Positions 1 through 9,570 are shown, counted from the stretch's first letter. The stretch is 64,000 nucleotides of DNA from Candidatus Dojkabacteria bacterium (GCA_041750555.1 JBGSZB010000029.1:672-64671); one strand, 5' to 3'. Numbers and translations are program-made. The notes: generated by a model from the sequence alone, not told the origin.

Positions 1-454
1 CATCTCCTCCATATTCTTCTATGTTTACTCCGAAACTTGCTAATTCTGTCTTAATTTTTAAAGTATTTACACCTTTAATATCTATTTTATTTATTGCAAC
101 TATTATTGGAACACCTGCTTTTTTAGCAAATTCTATACTCTCTTTAGTTTGTGGTTGTACTCCATCATCTGCTGCAACAATTAGTAATACAAAATCAGTT
201 ACTCTCGAACCTCGTAACCTCATATTACTAAATGCTTCATGGCCTGGAGTATCTATAAATGTGATTTTAAATCCATTATCTAGTACTACTTCATGAGCTC
301 TTGTATTTTGAGTAATACCACCAGCTTCTCTATCTACGACTCTTGTACCTCTTACTGCATCTAGAAATGAAGTTTTACCATGGTCTACATGTCCCATTAC
401 TGTTACAACTGGTGTCTTTAATTTTATTTCTTTTTTAATATTTTTCTTAGCCAT
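1..454 (-). CDS. infB: Translation initiation factor IF-2 (5' part; runs off window start)
   Basis: Manual translation from ATG at 454: [49 protein letters not shown]...[10 protein letters not shown], the IF-2 G1/G3 motifs. Not in ORF track. Confidence 0.95.
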   Translation of the reverse strand, partial: MAKKNIKKEIKLKTPVVTVMGHVDHGKTSFLDAVRGTRVVDREAGGITQNTRAHEVVLDNGFKITFIDTPGHEAFSNMRLRGSRVTDFVLLIVAADDGVQPQTKESIEFAKKAGVPIIVAINKIDIKGVNTLKIKTELASFGVNIEEYGGD

Positions 455-481
455 TAGCTTTAGTTATTAATTAGTCATGTG

Positions 482-490
482 ATTTTAACA
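482..490 (-). promoter_or_regulatory. Extended -10 promoter element (TGTTAAAAT) for infB
   Basis: TGn-TAAAAT match 27 nt upstream of the infB ATG. Confidence 0.45.
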
Positions 491-589
491 TAATAGTGGA
501 TATACTTTTAGTGATTAATGAGACAGTAGTTAGTTTTGTAATCCTATATTAAATTTGATATCATCAGAAATATTTAATCAAACATATTT

Positions 590-1324
590 ATGAATCAGGA
601 ACAACCAATGCAAACAACTCAAAAAAGTAATGGAGTGTCACTTCCAGTTTTAGTAATAGCTCTATTTCTAACAGTTCTAGTATCTATAGGTGCTACATTA
701 TTAGTAGTTAATCTTTTAAATACTCAAGGTCAAAGTACTAATACAAGTAGTAATAACAGTAATACTGATAGTAACTCTGATCAAATTATTGATAACGATG
801 GGGTCGTAGCAGATGAAACAGCTAACTGGAAAACATATACAAATAATTCATATACTTTAAAATATCCTAGTGATTGGAGTGTAGAAACATTAGTACCTAA
901 TCAAAGTATATATGCATCACAAAATGGATTTGAAGAGCCTTATCCTAAATTTACTTCACCTAGTGGAGAGAATAAATTTATGATAGCCCCACAAAGTTAT
1001 TTAAGTTATGGTTTTGCAGGTAATCAGGAATTTGAGAATACTAATATCTCAGTTAAATTAAAAGATGAAACAGTTACTTTAGTTGAGAAAAAATATTTAG
1101 AAGATGACTTTATGGTATTTATCGTTGGAGAAGTTAGTGAAATATACACTGTAACTGATGAATTCCAAGCTACATGTCCTGAGTGTACATCCCAACTTAA
1201 TTTTGAAATTCACTTTGGTAATACTTACCCTATTCACGCTCAAGAAAGTGGAAGAAGTGAAACTGTATACAATACTGAAAAAGAAGTGTTCTTAAAGATA
1301 ATAAGTACTTTAGAGTTTAAGTAA
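590..1324 (+). CDS. Membrane-anchored protein with PsbP-like extracellular domain
   Basis: N-terminal TM helix, N/S/T-rich linker, WKTYTNNSYTLKYPSDW motif typical of PsbP-related CPR surface proteins. Confidence 0.6.
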   Translation: MNQEQPMQTTQKSNGVSLPVLVIALFLTVLVSIGATLLVVNLLNTQGQSTNTSSNNSNTDSNSDQIIDNDGVVADETANWKTYTNNSYTLKYPSDWSVETLVPNQSIYASQNGFEEPYPKFTSPSGENKFMIAPQSYLSYGFAGNQEFENTNISVKLKDETVTLVEKKYLEDDFMVFIVGEVSEIYTVTDEFQATCPECTSQLNFEIHFGNTYPIHAQESGRSETVYNTEKEVFLKIISTLEFK

Positions 1325-1341
1325 AAATAGGAAATTAAAAG

Positions 1342-1376
1342 AAAAGGTTAAGGGATAATATCTCTTAACCTTTTTT
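1342..1376. terminator. Bidirectional intrinsic terminator
   Basis: aaaaggttaagggat-aat-atctcttaacctttttt hairpin flanked by A and T tracts, between convergent genes. Confidence 0.8.
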
Positions 1377-1401
1377 AATACCTAAACCAGTATTTAAATA
1401 T

Positions 1402-1719
1402 TTAACAAATATACTTAGGAATAAACTCATATTCCATACTTATAGCGACAATTACATTAACTAATATAACAACTAAAAGAAATAATAAGATAGATCCTAA
1501 TATCATTAAAATTTTCTTAAAAATACTAGCTTTAATAAAATAGTTTCTAAATATAAATATAGGAATAATAATACCTATAACAAGCCCAAATAAGATACTT
1601 AATGTAAAAATAGTTTCATTATTAGTAATAAAATTAAGAAAACCTACAATATAAGAAGGGATTGTTGGTTCTTGAGGATCACATCCTATTGAAGGTAAGT
1701 AAAGATTTAATTGTCCCAT
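1402..1719 (-). CDS. Small two-TM membrane protein, probable paralog of 1791..2114
   Basis: Two hydrophobic helices with a basic loop; CxP near the N-terminus, C-terminal Cys. Confidence 0.65.
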   Translation of the reverse strand: MGQLNLYLPSIGCDPQEPTIPSYIVGFLNFITNNETIFTLSILFGLVIGIIIPIFIFRNYFIKASIFKKILMILGSILLFLLVVILVNVIVAISMEYEFIPKYIC

Positions 1720-1790
1720 AAGTTATTTAAAATTACTTCTCTTATATAAAATACCTAATAAATAATATATTAATCCTTTAAACTAGTAAA

Positions 1791-2114
1791 TTAACAATAA
1801 TTAGGTTCAGCAATACCAGAAAGTGGGTTAAATAATATTCTTAAAGCAAAATATACAACCACAAGAATTAAAACTGTAATTCCAATAAATATAACTTTTA
1901 GCAAATTTCTTCTCCTAGGATACCTTTTAATTAACTTTTTAATAAAATAGTAGTTAATTAATGAGAGAATAAAAATAGTAAATAAAGAGATAAGAGTTCC
2001 TACTATTAAATAAGGGTTTCTGAAATAATCCTGTATAGAGTCTAAGATCCCCTCTGTAAATGTTGGTCTTGGAGTACACTCAGTATTTAAAAGTTCTAAA
2101 AGCTCATTATTCAT
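1791..2114 (-). CDS. Small two-TM membrane protein, probable paralog of 1402..1719
   Basis: Two TM helices, KKLIKRYPRRR loop, CxP near the N-terminus, C-terminal Cys. Confidence 0.65.
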   Translation of the reverse strand: MNNELLELLNTECTPRPTFTEGILDSIQDYFRNPYLIVGTLISLFTIFILSLINYYFIKKLIKRYPRRRNLLKVIFIGITVLILVVVYFALRILFNPLSGIAEPNYC

Positions 2115-2123
2115 AAAAGATAT

Positions 2124-4373
2124 TTAATTAATATTACCCAACATCTCTAACACCTTAATCTCATAACTATTAGATTCACTAAACTTCTTAGATGCCACCT
2201 TTAATGTATATCTAAGTGATTCATCACTCTCTAATGTATTAATACCATTAACTATACTTTCAACTGATTCATCCTTAATTTTAAATACTTCATCATCAAA
2301 CTCTTGAAACATATTAATATCAGTTACAATTGTAGTTGCATTAGATGCTAGAGCTTTTCTAACAGAGGCAGAACTCGATTCCCCTACTTCAGAATAATTA
2401 AAGATAATGTAATCACTTAGAGATAATAGTATTTCAATTTGATCATCATTTAAGAATTGTTTAATAAAGGTTACATTAGTTTCTAAATTATTCTTTTTAA
2501 TAATACTTAAACACTCATTATATATACCCTGAGAAAATATATTATTAGAACTCACAGCACTTAGAGCTAATAAATGAATATTCTTATACTTCTCTTTAAG
2601 AACTGATATAGCTTTAATAACATTTGGAATATTTTTGTTTTTATTCAATAACCCATGGACTGCAATAATAGGGTTAAAGTCATTAAAACCTAATTGTTCT
2701 TTAAGAACATTTTTATCTCTTTTTTTAAATACAACAGTAGGTAATTCAAATAATACTAAGTTATTTAAACTATCATTAGCATAGTCATAATCATTCTTGT
2801 TATGAATAAATACTAAATCACAAGCTTTTAATTGTTTAATCTCTTTAATAAAGTCAAAAGATGGTCCTCTTACTGCATGTAGTGTTAAATATACTTTAAT
2901 ATTAAGTTTCTTTAATTTAGAAATTAAGTTATCTAGAGAACTAGGAGAGAACATTGTTCCAGAGTGATATTGAATATGAAATATATTAATATCCCTTTCT
3001 TTAACAAAATTTAAAACCTCTTTAAATTCACTCTCTCCACTTCTCCATAACCTTAAAACGTTCTCTCTATCTCTACTTGATCTATCTGCAATATCGTTAT
3101 TTGAGATATAGTAGAATTCATTAAAACTTTTTTCAACAGATTTATATAAATCCTCAGTATAGTCTGCTATACCTGTTTCATCATTTAGAAATGATAATAC
3201 AGCATATTTTTTATTCTTTAATTCTTGCAGTGGTTTAACGTTTTCTATAAAGCCCGTTGCTCTCTCTGCAATATTCTCCCATTTAAAATCAAGAGAGGTA
3301 TCATATGCTCTTTTAACTTTGTTTTGCATCTCTTCAATATCGTTATTCACTTTCCCTAACTTTTCATCTAACTTAAGCTTATACAGTTTAAGCATGTAAG
3401 TTTTTAATTGATTAATATCAGGTTCTGCCCAAAGGGATCCTAAATTAGCAAATTCAGAAGCTTTTGCATATTCAAGAGTGTAATTTAATAAATAACTATT
3501 GTCTTCGTTGATAAACTCTTTAAATCCACTGTAATTAGTTACAATTAAAGGCTTTTTAAAATACATTGCCTCTAATGCGGGTAATCCAAAACCTTCGGCT
3601 CTTGATGGGTATAGAGCTATATCTATAGTATTAGTTAAATTTGCAATCTCTTCTTCTTTTAAATCTTGGGTAATTATTTCAACTTCTGGTGAATTTTTCT
3701 TTTGTAATGAGTTTATTATTTCATTAATATTGTTATCAGGACCCTCTTTAGTCTTAATAACTAAAACACAGTCATCACTATCTTTAAAGTTTTCAAAATA
3801 TGTCTTTAATATCAAATCTACTCCTTTTCTTTTTTTAGCTGTACTGTTATGGAAGAATTTAATACTTTTCTTACTTTTTAATGGATAATCTTTTAAATTT
3901 AAATTACGTAATCCATTATCCATTGCAATTGAAGTATTAATTATTGGAACACTTACTCCACTTTTAATTAATATCTCTTTTACAAATTCAGAGATTGTTA
4001 ATACTCCATGAAGATTTTCATTAATTTCATTTACCCAATCACTCGGATAAACACTTTCTTCCCAAGCTACATACATTAATTTTAAAATGCCTGGTAATTG
4101 TTTAAGATTATTTAGTGAAGTAATGCTTTTAGGGAAGTTATTGTATATTACAATATCACAGTTACTAAAGTCTTTTGTAACTATATCTTTTAATTCTTTA
4201 TTCCTCTCTAATTCGGTATCTGTTGGATAATAGTCAATTGATTCTCTATCACAACCTAAATATGCCCTGTATCCGTTATTTAATGAATTTATGCCTAATG
4301 CTAATCCTCTATTTACTTTAGCGTAACTATAGTTGGTAAAGAATGGTCCGTATATTAATATATTTTTATTCAT
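2124..4373 (-). CDS. Tandem GT-B (GT4-family) glycosyltransferase
   Basis: RKGVD and SRAEGFGLPALEAM motifs in the first half; second GT-B module (TGIADY, HGLLNKNKN, ESSSASVRKALA). Confidence 0.85.
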   Translation of the reverse strand: MNKNILIYGPFFTNYSYAKVNRGLALGINSLNNGYRAYLGCDRESIDYYPTDTELERNKELKDIVTKDFSNCDIVIYNNFPKSITSLNNLKQLPGILKLMYVAWEESVYPSDWVNEINENLHGVLTISEFVKEILIKSGVSVPIINTSIAMDNGLRNLNLKDYPLKSKKSIKFFHNSTAKKRKGVDLILKTYFENFKDSDDCVLVIKTKEGPDNNINEIINSLQKKNSPEVEIITQDLKEEEIANLTNTIDIALYPSRAEGFGLPALEAMYFKKPLIVTNYSGFKEFINEDNSYLLNYTLEYAKASEFANLGSLWAEPDINQLKTYMLKLYKLKLDEKLGKVNNDIEEMQNKVKRAYDTSLDFKWENIAERATGFIENVKPLQELKNKKYAVLSFLNDETGIADYTEDLYKSVEKSFNEFYYISNNDIADRSSRDRENVLRLWRSGESEFKEVLNFVKERDINIFHIQYHSGTMFSPSSLDNLISKLKKLNIKVYLTLHAVRGPSFDFIKEIKQLKACDLVFIHNKNDYDYANDSLNNLVLFELPTVVFKKRDKNVLKEQLGFNDFNPIIAVHGLLNKNKNIPNVIKAISVLKEKYKNIHLLALSAVSSNNIFSQGIYNECLSIIKKNNLETNVTFIKQFLNDDQIEILLSLSDYIIFNYSEVGESSSASVRKALASNATTIVTDINMFQEFDDEVFKIKDESVESIVNGINTLESDESLRYTLKVASKKFSESNSYEIKVLEMLGNIN

Positions 4374-4382
4374 AGATATATG

Positions 4383-4412
4383 AATATATATTGTTATTTA
4401 TATATCTGTCAA
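4383..4412 (-). promoter_or_regulatory. Sigma70-type promoter for the GT4 operon
   Basis: TTGACA-N18-TATATT ending 9 nt before the ATG at 4373. Confidence 0.5.
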
Positions 4413-4426
4413 ATATATTTGAAATG

Positions 4427-4816
4427 TTATCTCTTAGAGTATTGTTCTGCTTTTCTAGCTTTTCTAAGACCTGGTTTCTTTCTTTCAACCATTCTAGAAT
4501 CTCTAGTTAATAGCAATTGATCTTTAAGAGCTTTCTTCTTATCAGGAAACTTCTTAATAATTGCTCTAGCAATACCTAATGCAAGTGCTTCTAGTTGAGA
4601 ATATCTTCCTCCACCAACTGATTTAGCTGTAAAATGAAAATCCATTGGATTTAAATCCGAAGCTAAGAATGGAGACAATATTTTAGCTTTATCACTTTTA
4701 GATGTATAAATTTGTTCAAATTCTTTTTCATTGAATAAATTTTTACCACTCTCACCGTATAATCTAACTGTAACTACTGATGTTTTTCTTCTTCCTAATG
4801 CGTATGAATACTCCAT
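4427..4816 (-). CDS. rpsI: 30S ribosomal protein uS9
   Basis: GRRKTS, GGG, TRDSRMVERKKPGLRKARKAEQYSKR. Confidence 0.97.
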   Translation of the reverse strand: MEYSYALGRRKTSVVTVRLYGESGKNLFNEKEFEQIYTSKSDKAKILSPFLASDLNPMDFHFTAKSVGGGRYSQLEALALGIARAIIKKFPDKKKALKDQLLLTRDSRMVERKKPGLRKARKAEQYSKR

Positions 4817-4817
4817 G

Positions 4818-5264
4818 TTAAATCTTTAAACTTCTAATATTTAAAACTTCAGGGTTTTGAGCCTGATGAGTGTGACTTTCACCTACAAATATTCTTAAGT
4901 TAGCAATCATTTCGCTACCTCTTTTTGTTTTAGGTAACATTCCTTTAACTGCTTTCTCTATTATATATGTTGGATCTTTTTTATATTGATCTCTTAAATT
5001 TAAGTATCTTAATCCTCCTGGAAATCCTGAGTAAAACTTATAGAATTTAGTAATAGCTTTTTTCTCTGTAATATCTAATTTTTCAGAGTTAATCACGATT
5101 ACTTTATTTAATGGTTTTAAATTAGATCTCATTAAAGGATTATTTTTACCTTGTAATACTTCAGATACTACTGAGGCTAATCTTCCGATTTTCATACCTC
5201 TAGCATCTATTAAATACCATTTTTCTAAAATATCCTTTTGTGATACTTGTGTTATGCTTTTCAT
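4818..5264 (-). CDS. rplM: 50S ribosomal protein uL13
   Basis: WYLIDA, GRLAS, SGFPGGL, AVKGMLPK. Confidence 0.97.
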   Translation of the reverse strand: MKSITQVSQKDILEKWYLIDARGMKIGRLASVVSEVLQGKNNPLMRSNLKPLNKVIVINSEKLDITEKKAITKFYKFYSGFPGGLRYLNLRDQYKKDPTYIIEKAVKGMLPKTKRGSEMIANLRIFVGESHTHQAQNPEVLNIRSLKI

Positions 5265-5791
5265 ATATTACTTCCTCTTTTAACTATTGTTTTCTTAACA
5301 GGTGCAGGAGCTTTAGCTACTTTATTAACACCTACTGCCTTTCTTACTTTATTAACTACACTCTTTTCTTTATCAGCTTTCTCTCTTTTTTCTAAAGCTT
5401 TTTGAATATTACTCTTTTTCTCTCTTTCAACTCTATTAACAACCATTACATACATTTGTTCTGAATTATCACCTTTTCTAGGTAGGGTTCTTGCAGAATA
5501 TGCATATCCTGAATTTCTATCGTTAAAGTTGTTTTCAACTAATTTATAGAATTTTGTAATAGCTAAAGTGTTATCACCAAAAAAACTAGAAACTAATCTT
5601 TTTGAATGATCAGTATTCTTTTTTGCTTTAGTAACTAATTTATCAAATTGAGATTTTAATATTCTAGCTCTATTAGGAGTAGTTTTTAATTTCTCATTTC
5701 TAACCAATTCCATAACAAGAGATCTGATAATAGCATCTCTATGATCAGAGGTTTTACCTTGCATTCTTGGTCTTTTAATTCTGTTATACAT
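5261..5791 (-). CDS. rplQ: 50S ribosomal protein bL17 with basic C-terminal extension
   Basis: HRDAIIRSL, KTT, RNSGY, RKGD; follows rpoA. Confidence 0.93.
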   Translation of the reverse strand: MYNRIKRPRMQGKTSDHRDAIIRSLVMELVRNEKLKTTPNRARILKSQFDKLVTKAKKNTDHSKRLVSSFFGDNTLAITKFYKLVENNFNDRNSGYAYSARTLPRKGDNSEQMYVMVVNRVEREKKSNIQKALEKREKADKEKSVVNKVRKAVGVNKVAKAPAPVKKTIVKRGSNI

Positions 5792-5793
5792 TC

Positions 5794-6774
5794 TTAAATT
5801 ATCTTAACGTTATATTTTTTTAATATCTCAACTAATTCAACAAAAGATTTATTACCCATTCCTCTAATATTTGATAATTCTTCTTCTGTCATGTTTTCTA
5901 ACTTTCTTAAGTCATCATAACCAGATTTTAATAAAGCATTAGTTAATCTAGTTGATAAATTTAAATCAGAAACCATTATTGGTTGTTTATCTTCTACTGC
6001 CTCAACTGCTTCTTCCTCTTTTTTACTATTTTCTAATTCTTCTTTATGTAACTTAACATTTACTTCATCTCCCTTTAACATCTCTGTACTTAGGTTTAAT
6101 AAATGATCTGTCATTAAATTAATTGTATTTGTTGCAATATTTAATGCTTCTTCAGGAGTTACTGATCCATCAGTCTTTACTAATAACTCTAATTGATCTA
6201 AATCTGTTTCTTTACCAACTCTAGCTGTTGTAACAACATAATTTACTAATGTTACAGGACTAAATGATGCATCTAATGGTAAAAGAGTTAATTCTTTTCT
6301 TAATTCATCTTTTAAGTGTGCGTATCCTACTCCTCTTTCTACTGTAAATTCAGCATTAAATTTTGCTTTTGCAGAAGTTAATTTTGTAATTACATAGTCT
6401 GGATTAACAATATCTACTTTAGGATTCTTTTCAATGTCACTTGCCTTAACTTCAACAACTTGACCCTCTTTACCTTTAACTTCAATTTTTAGGGTTACAG
6501 GTTCTAATACTTTAGATGCTACTACTACATTTTTAATTGATAATAGTACTGCTAAAATATCATCAGGTAATCCTGATAATGTTGAGTATTCATGTTGTAC
6601 TCCATCAATTTTTACAGCAGTTATTGCACTACCTGGGATTGATGTTAATAGGATTCTTCTTAAGAAGTTACCTAATGTATGTCCATACCCTTTTTGAAGA
6701 GGTCCCATTATGAATTTTGTAGATCCATCTTTCTCTTCAATCTTTTTTATATTAAATTCGTTTAAAGCAACCAT
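5794..6774 (-). CDS. rpoA: RNA polymerase alpha subunit
   Basis: PLQKGYGHTLGNFLRRILL, HEYSTL, ARVG, alpha-CTD LSTRLTNAL. Confidence 0.97.
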   Translation of the reverse strand: MVALNEFNIKKIEEKDGSTKFIMGPLQKGYGHTLGNFLRRILLTSIPGSAITAVKIDGVQHEYSTLSGLPDDILAVLLSIKNVVVASKVLEPVTLKIEVKGKEGQVVEVKASDIEKNPKVDIVNPDYVITKLTSAKAKFNAEFTVERGVGYAHLKDELRKELTLLPLDASFSPVTLVNYVVTTARVGKETDLDQLELLVKTDGSVTPEEALNIATNTINLMTDHLLNLSTEMLKGDEVNVKLHKEELENSKKEEEAVEAVEDKQPIMVSDLNLSTRLTNALLKSGYDDLRKLENMTEEELSNIRGMGNKSFVELVEILKKYNVKII

Positions 6775-6804
6775 ATTTTTCTATTAAGAATTAATAAATA
6801 ATTA

Positions 6805-7404
6805 TTATCTAGAGTAAAGTTCAATAATTAACCTTTCTCTGATACTCTGATCCATTTGATCTCTTGTTGGTTCACTAACAACTTTTCCTCCTAAATCTAA
6901 TTCACTTAACCAGCTTGGAACTTTGTTCACTTTATTTTGTTTTTTAATCTCTTCTAAGTAAGCTTTTAATGCTTCTCCAACTACTAATTTAACTTCATCG
7001 CCTGGTTTAACTATTGCAGAAGCTACATTATGTTTTCTACCATTTAATAATATATGTCCATGTGTTACTAATTGTCTTGCTTGTGCTCTTGTTAAGGCAA
7101 AACCTAATCTATATATTACGTTATCTATTCTTAATTCAAGTAATTGTAATAATCTAGTACTAGTGTTTCCTGTAGATTTAGCAGCTAAGTTATAAAATCT
7201 TAAAAATTGTCTCTCTGTCATTCCATACATTCTTTTTACTTTTTGCTTTTCTCTAAATTGCAATGCGTAATCAGATGGTCTCTTTTTTAATATTGGGAAT
7301 TGACCTGGAAGAGATGTTCTTCTTTTCCATTTTTCGCTAGATCCAAGAACAGTTGCTTGTTCTCTTCTATTTATTCTCCATTTTGGTCCTATATATCTAG
7401 ACAT
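6805..7404 (-). CDS. rpsD: 30S ribosomal protein uS4
   Basis: SDYALQFREKQKVKRMYG, LELRIDNVIYRLGFA, ARQLVTHGH, ELYSR. Confidence 0.97.
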   Translation of the reverse strand: MSRYIGPKWRINRREQATVLGSSEKWKRRTSLPGQFPILKKRPSDYALQFREKQKVKRMYGMTERQFLRFYNLAAKSTGNTSTRLLQLLELRIDNVIYRLGFALTRAQARQLVTHGHILLNGRKHNVASAIVKPGDEVKLVVGEALKAYLEEIKKQNKVNKVPSWLSELDLGGKVVSEPTRDQMDQSIRERLIIELYSR

Positions 7405-7423
7405 TTTATATATTAATTAAATA

Positions 7424-7846
7424 TTATTTCTTTGGCATCTTTCTTGGCTTACAACCTCCATGTGGTACTGCTGTATGATCTGCCAATAATGTTACTCTAA
7501 GTCCTGCTATTCTTAATCCTTTAACTGCTGCTTGTCTTCCAACACCTATTCCTTTAATTATTACTTCAGCTTCTCTTGCTCCTGCCTCAACTGCTCTAGT
7601 TGCTGCATCTTCTCCAGCTTTTGTTGCTGCATATGGAGTACTTTTCTTACTTCCAGTAAACCCTACTTTACCGCAACTACTTTGAGATACTACATTTCCT
7701 GAATAATCAGTAATACTAACTATTGTATTGTTGTATGTAGATCTAATTTTAGCTAATACTTTAGGTGAAGCTAATTTTAATTTCTTTTTCTTTTTAACTT
7801 CTACCTTTGCTTTTGGTTTTTCTTTTATATTTGTTGCTTTAGCCAT
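7424..7846 (-). CDS. rpsK: 30S ribosomal protein uS11
   Basis: STYNNTIVSITD, GSKKSTPYAA, PHGGC. Confidence 0.97.
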   Translation of the reverse strand: MAKATNIKEKPKAKVEVKKKKKLKLASPKVLAKIRSTYNNTIVSITDYSGNVVSQSSCGKVGFTGSKKSTPYAATKAGEDAATRAVEAGAREAEVIIKGIGVGRQAAVKGLRIAGLRVTLLADHTAVPHGGCKPRKMPKK

Positions 7847-7847
7847 T

Positions 7848-8231
7848 TTATGTCTTTGTTACTTTAACTTTTAATCCTCCAACTGTTGCTCCTCTACCTT
7901 TTCTAGTTTTTGCATTTTTTCTTGTATTTTGACCTCTTACAGGTAAACCTTGTTTATGTCTAATACCTCTATAGTTTCTAATATCTTTTAATCTTTTTAT
8001 TGCTAAAAAGTTTTTTTGTTTAACTTGACCCTCTGTTGGGATATTTTTTTCTATATATTCGTATAATCTTCTAATCTCTGTATCTTGTAACTCTTTAACT
8101 CTAATATCTGGATTGATGTTTGTAGCTAATAATATCTTTTTAGCAGATGATAGCCCTATTCCATAAATATAGGTTAATGCTATTTCTACTCTTTTTTCGT
8201 TTGGTATTTCTACCCCTACTAATCTTGCCAT
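7848..8231 (-). CDS. rpsM: 30S ribosomal protein uS13
   Basis: MARLVGVEIP, ALTYIYGIG, YRGIRH, LPVRGQNTRKNAKTRKG. Confidence 0.97.
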   Translation of the reverse strand: MARLVGVEIPNEKRVEIALTYIYGIGLSSAKKILLATNINPDIRVKELQDTEIRRLYEYIEKNIPTEGQVKQKNFLAIKRLKDIRNYRGIRHKQGLPVRGQNTRKNAKTRKGRGATVGGLKVKVTKT

Positions 8232-8239
8232 AATTTTAA

Positions 8240-8392
8240 TTATCCTTGCCTTTGTTTATGCTTAGGATTACTTTTACAATAAACATAATATGTAGGTCTA
8301 ACAGTAACTTTACCATTGGTAACCTTTACTTTATTCCTTTTAACGATGTAACAATCTTTACACCTTTTTTTAAGACTTGCTTTTACCTTCAT
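8240..8392 (-). CDS. rpmJ: 50S ribosomal protein bL36 (50 aa, with internal insertion)
   Basis: Manual translation [50 protein letters not shown]; CxxC...C...H zinc ligands; lies between infA and rpsM. Missed by ORF track. Confidence 0.96.
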   Translation of the reverse strand: MKVKASLKKRCKDCYIVKRNKVKVTNGKVTVRPTYYVYCKSNPKHKQRQG

Positions 8393-8443
8393 ATTAATCG
8401 GTCATTTATAACAAATTTATTTTTTTTAGTCAAAGAACAATTT

Positions 8444-8701
8444 CTAAGAAACTGGTCTAAATTTTCTTTCTGTTAATCTTCTAGTTATTATACCTTTATT
8501 AATATCATCTAGGGAGATTAATATTCTTACTTGATCTCCTACTTCTAAAGAAATAAACCTTGTCTTCATTTTGCCAGATACATGGCAGTTTACAACATGT
8601 TTAATCCCTTTATATTCAACCTCTACAAGGAATCTTAATTCTGGAAGAGCTTCAGTTACTTTACCTTCAATCTCAAAAAATCTCCCTTTATTATTAGACA
8701 T
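8444..8701 (-). CDS. infA: Translation initiation factor IF-1
   Basis: EIEGKVTEALP, HVSGKMK, GDQV; upstream of rpmJ. Confidence 0.93.
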   Translation of the reverse strand: MSNNKGRFFEIEGKVTEALPELRFLVEVEYKGIKHVVNCHVSGKMKTRFISLEVGDQVRILISLDDINKGIITRRLTERKFRPVS

Positions 8702-8752
8702 AGCCTTGTTACATTGATATTAATAAGTTACCTAACTGTTTTTAGGCTTAGA

Positions 8753-8781
8753 ATTTTAACAAATAAAGTTTTATTTTACAA
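8753..8781 (-). promoter_or_regulatory. Promoter of the infA-rpsI operon
   Basis: TTGTAA-N17-TAAAAT with TG extension (TGTTAAAAT). Confidence 0.6.
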
Positions 8782-8796
8782 TTACTATTGTGATTA

Positions 8797-9570
8797 TTAA
8801 GCTTCTATATATTTATCTCTTTTTGGTCTTTTACCCTGTTTTGTTAAAAGTGCAAATCCTATTACTACAAAAAACAAGCCGAGAGATAATGGGATTATTG
8901 GTTCTAACCCCGTTATAGCTGTATCTGGAAGAGAGGGCGTTACAGGTGTAGTAGGTGTTGTTGGGGTTGTAGGCGTTGTTGGATTAGTTGGCTCTTCAGG
9001 ATCAGGCTCTTCTGTTACAGCTTGTATCTGAACTGTTAGCTCATTAGGGCTATAATCCAACCCTGCTCCATTAGATCTAACTAACTGAGTACCCACTGAC
9101 CCCTGTACAACTTTAACATTTGCACTACCCACCACTTGGGATTGAAATTCTATCTCAGCAACCGCTCTATTTACTGAAAAACTACTTCCACTTGGGGTTG
9201 TTGCTAAAAGCGTAATTCTTCCAGTCTGTGTTGCAGTATTATCACTAACTGGATTATTTACTACAAAAACTGTATCTATAAATTTAATTTGTGTTCCAGT
9301 AGAGTTACTATCTTGATCAACTACACTTAATTTTGTTGAATCATACTCTATTACAAGTTTAAATTCATTTATTTGTTGTTCTCCTGTATTTATACTAACT
9401 GTTACTTTAAATTTACTTCCAACAGTTGATGAAGTACTACTGGAACTTAATAGTACAGTTGCAGCTTGTCCATTAGAAGTTCCTATATCAATACTCCCAA
9501 ATGTAGGTTGCGATAGAGCATCAAAATCTTGAGCTTTAACTACAGGAATTAAATTTAATAAGTTAGCCAT
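8797..9570 (-). CDS. Cohesin-like domain surface protein with PT-rich linker and LPxT[A/G]-type C-terminal anchor
   Basis: Cohesin-like beta sandwich (VGSKFKVTVSINT, IEYDSTKL, VAEIEF), (PTT)n linker, LPDTA + TM + basic tail. Confidence 0.7.
   Translation of the reverse strand: MANLLNLIPVVKAQDFDALSQPTFGSIDIGTSNGQAATVLLSSSSTSSTVGSKFKVTVSINTGEQQINEFKLVIEYDSTKLSVVDQDSNSTGTQIKFIDTVFVVNNPVSDNTATQTGRITLLATTPSGSSFSVNRAVAEIEFQSQVVGSANVKVVQGSVGTQLVRSNGAGLDYSPNELTVQIQAVTEEPDPEEPTNPTTPTTPTTPTTPVTPSLPDTAITGLEPIIPLSLGLFFVVIGFALLTKQGKRPKRDKYIEA

Noticed and set aside
21-296. 91-aa plus-strand ORF
   Set aside because: Antisense shadow of infB, which has clear GTPase motifs on the minus strand.
8246-8476. 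76-aa plus-strand ORF
   Set aside because: Antisense to the real rpmJ (8240..8392) and the end of infA.
8935-9010. Short repeats (gttgtagg-like)
   Set aside because: They encode the Pro/Thr linker of the cohesin protein and are not an independent DNA element.
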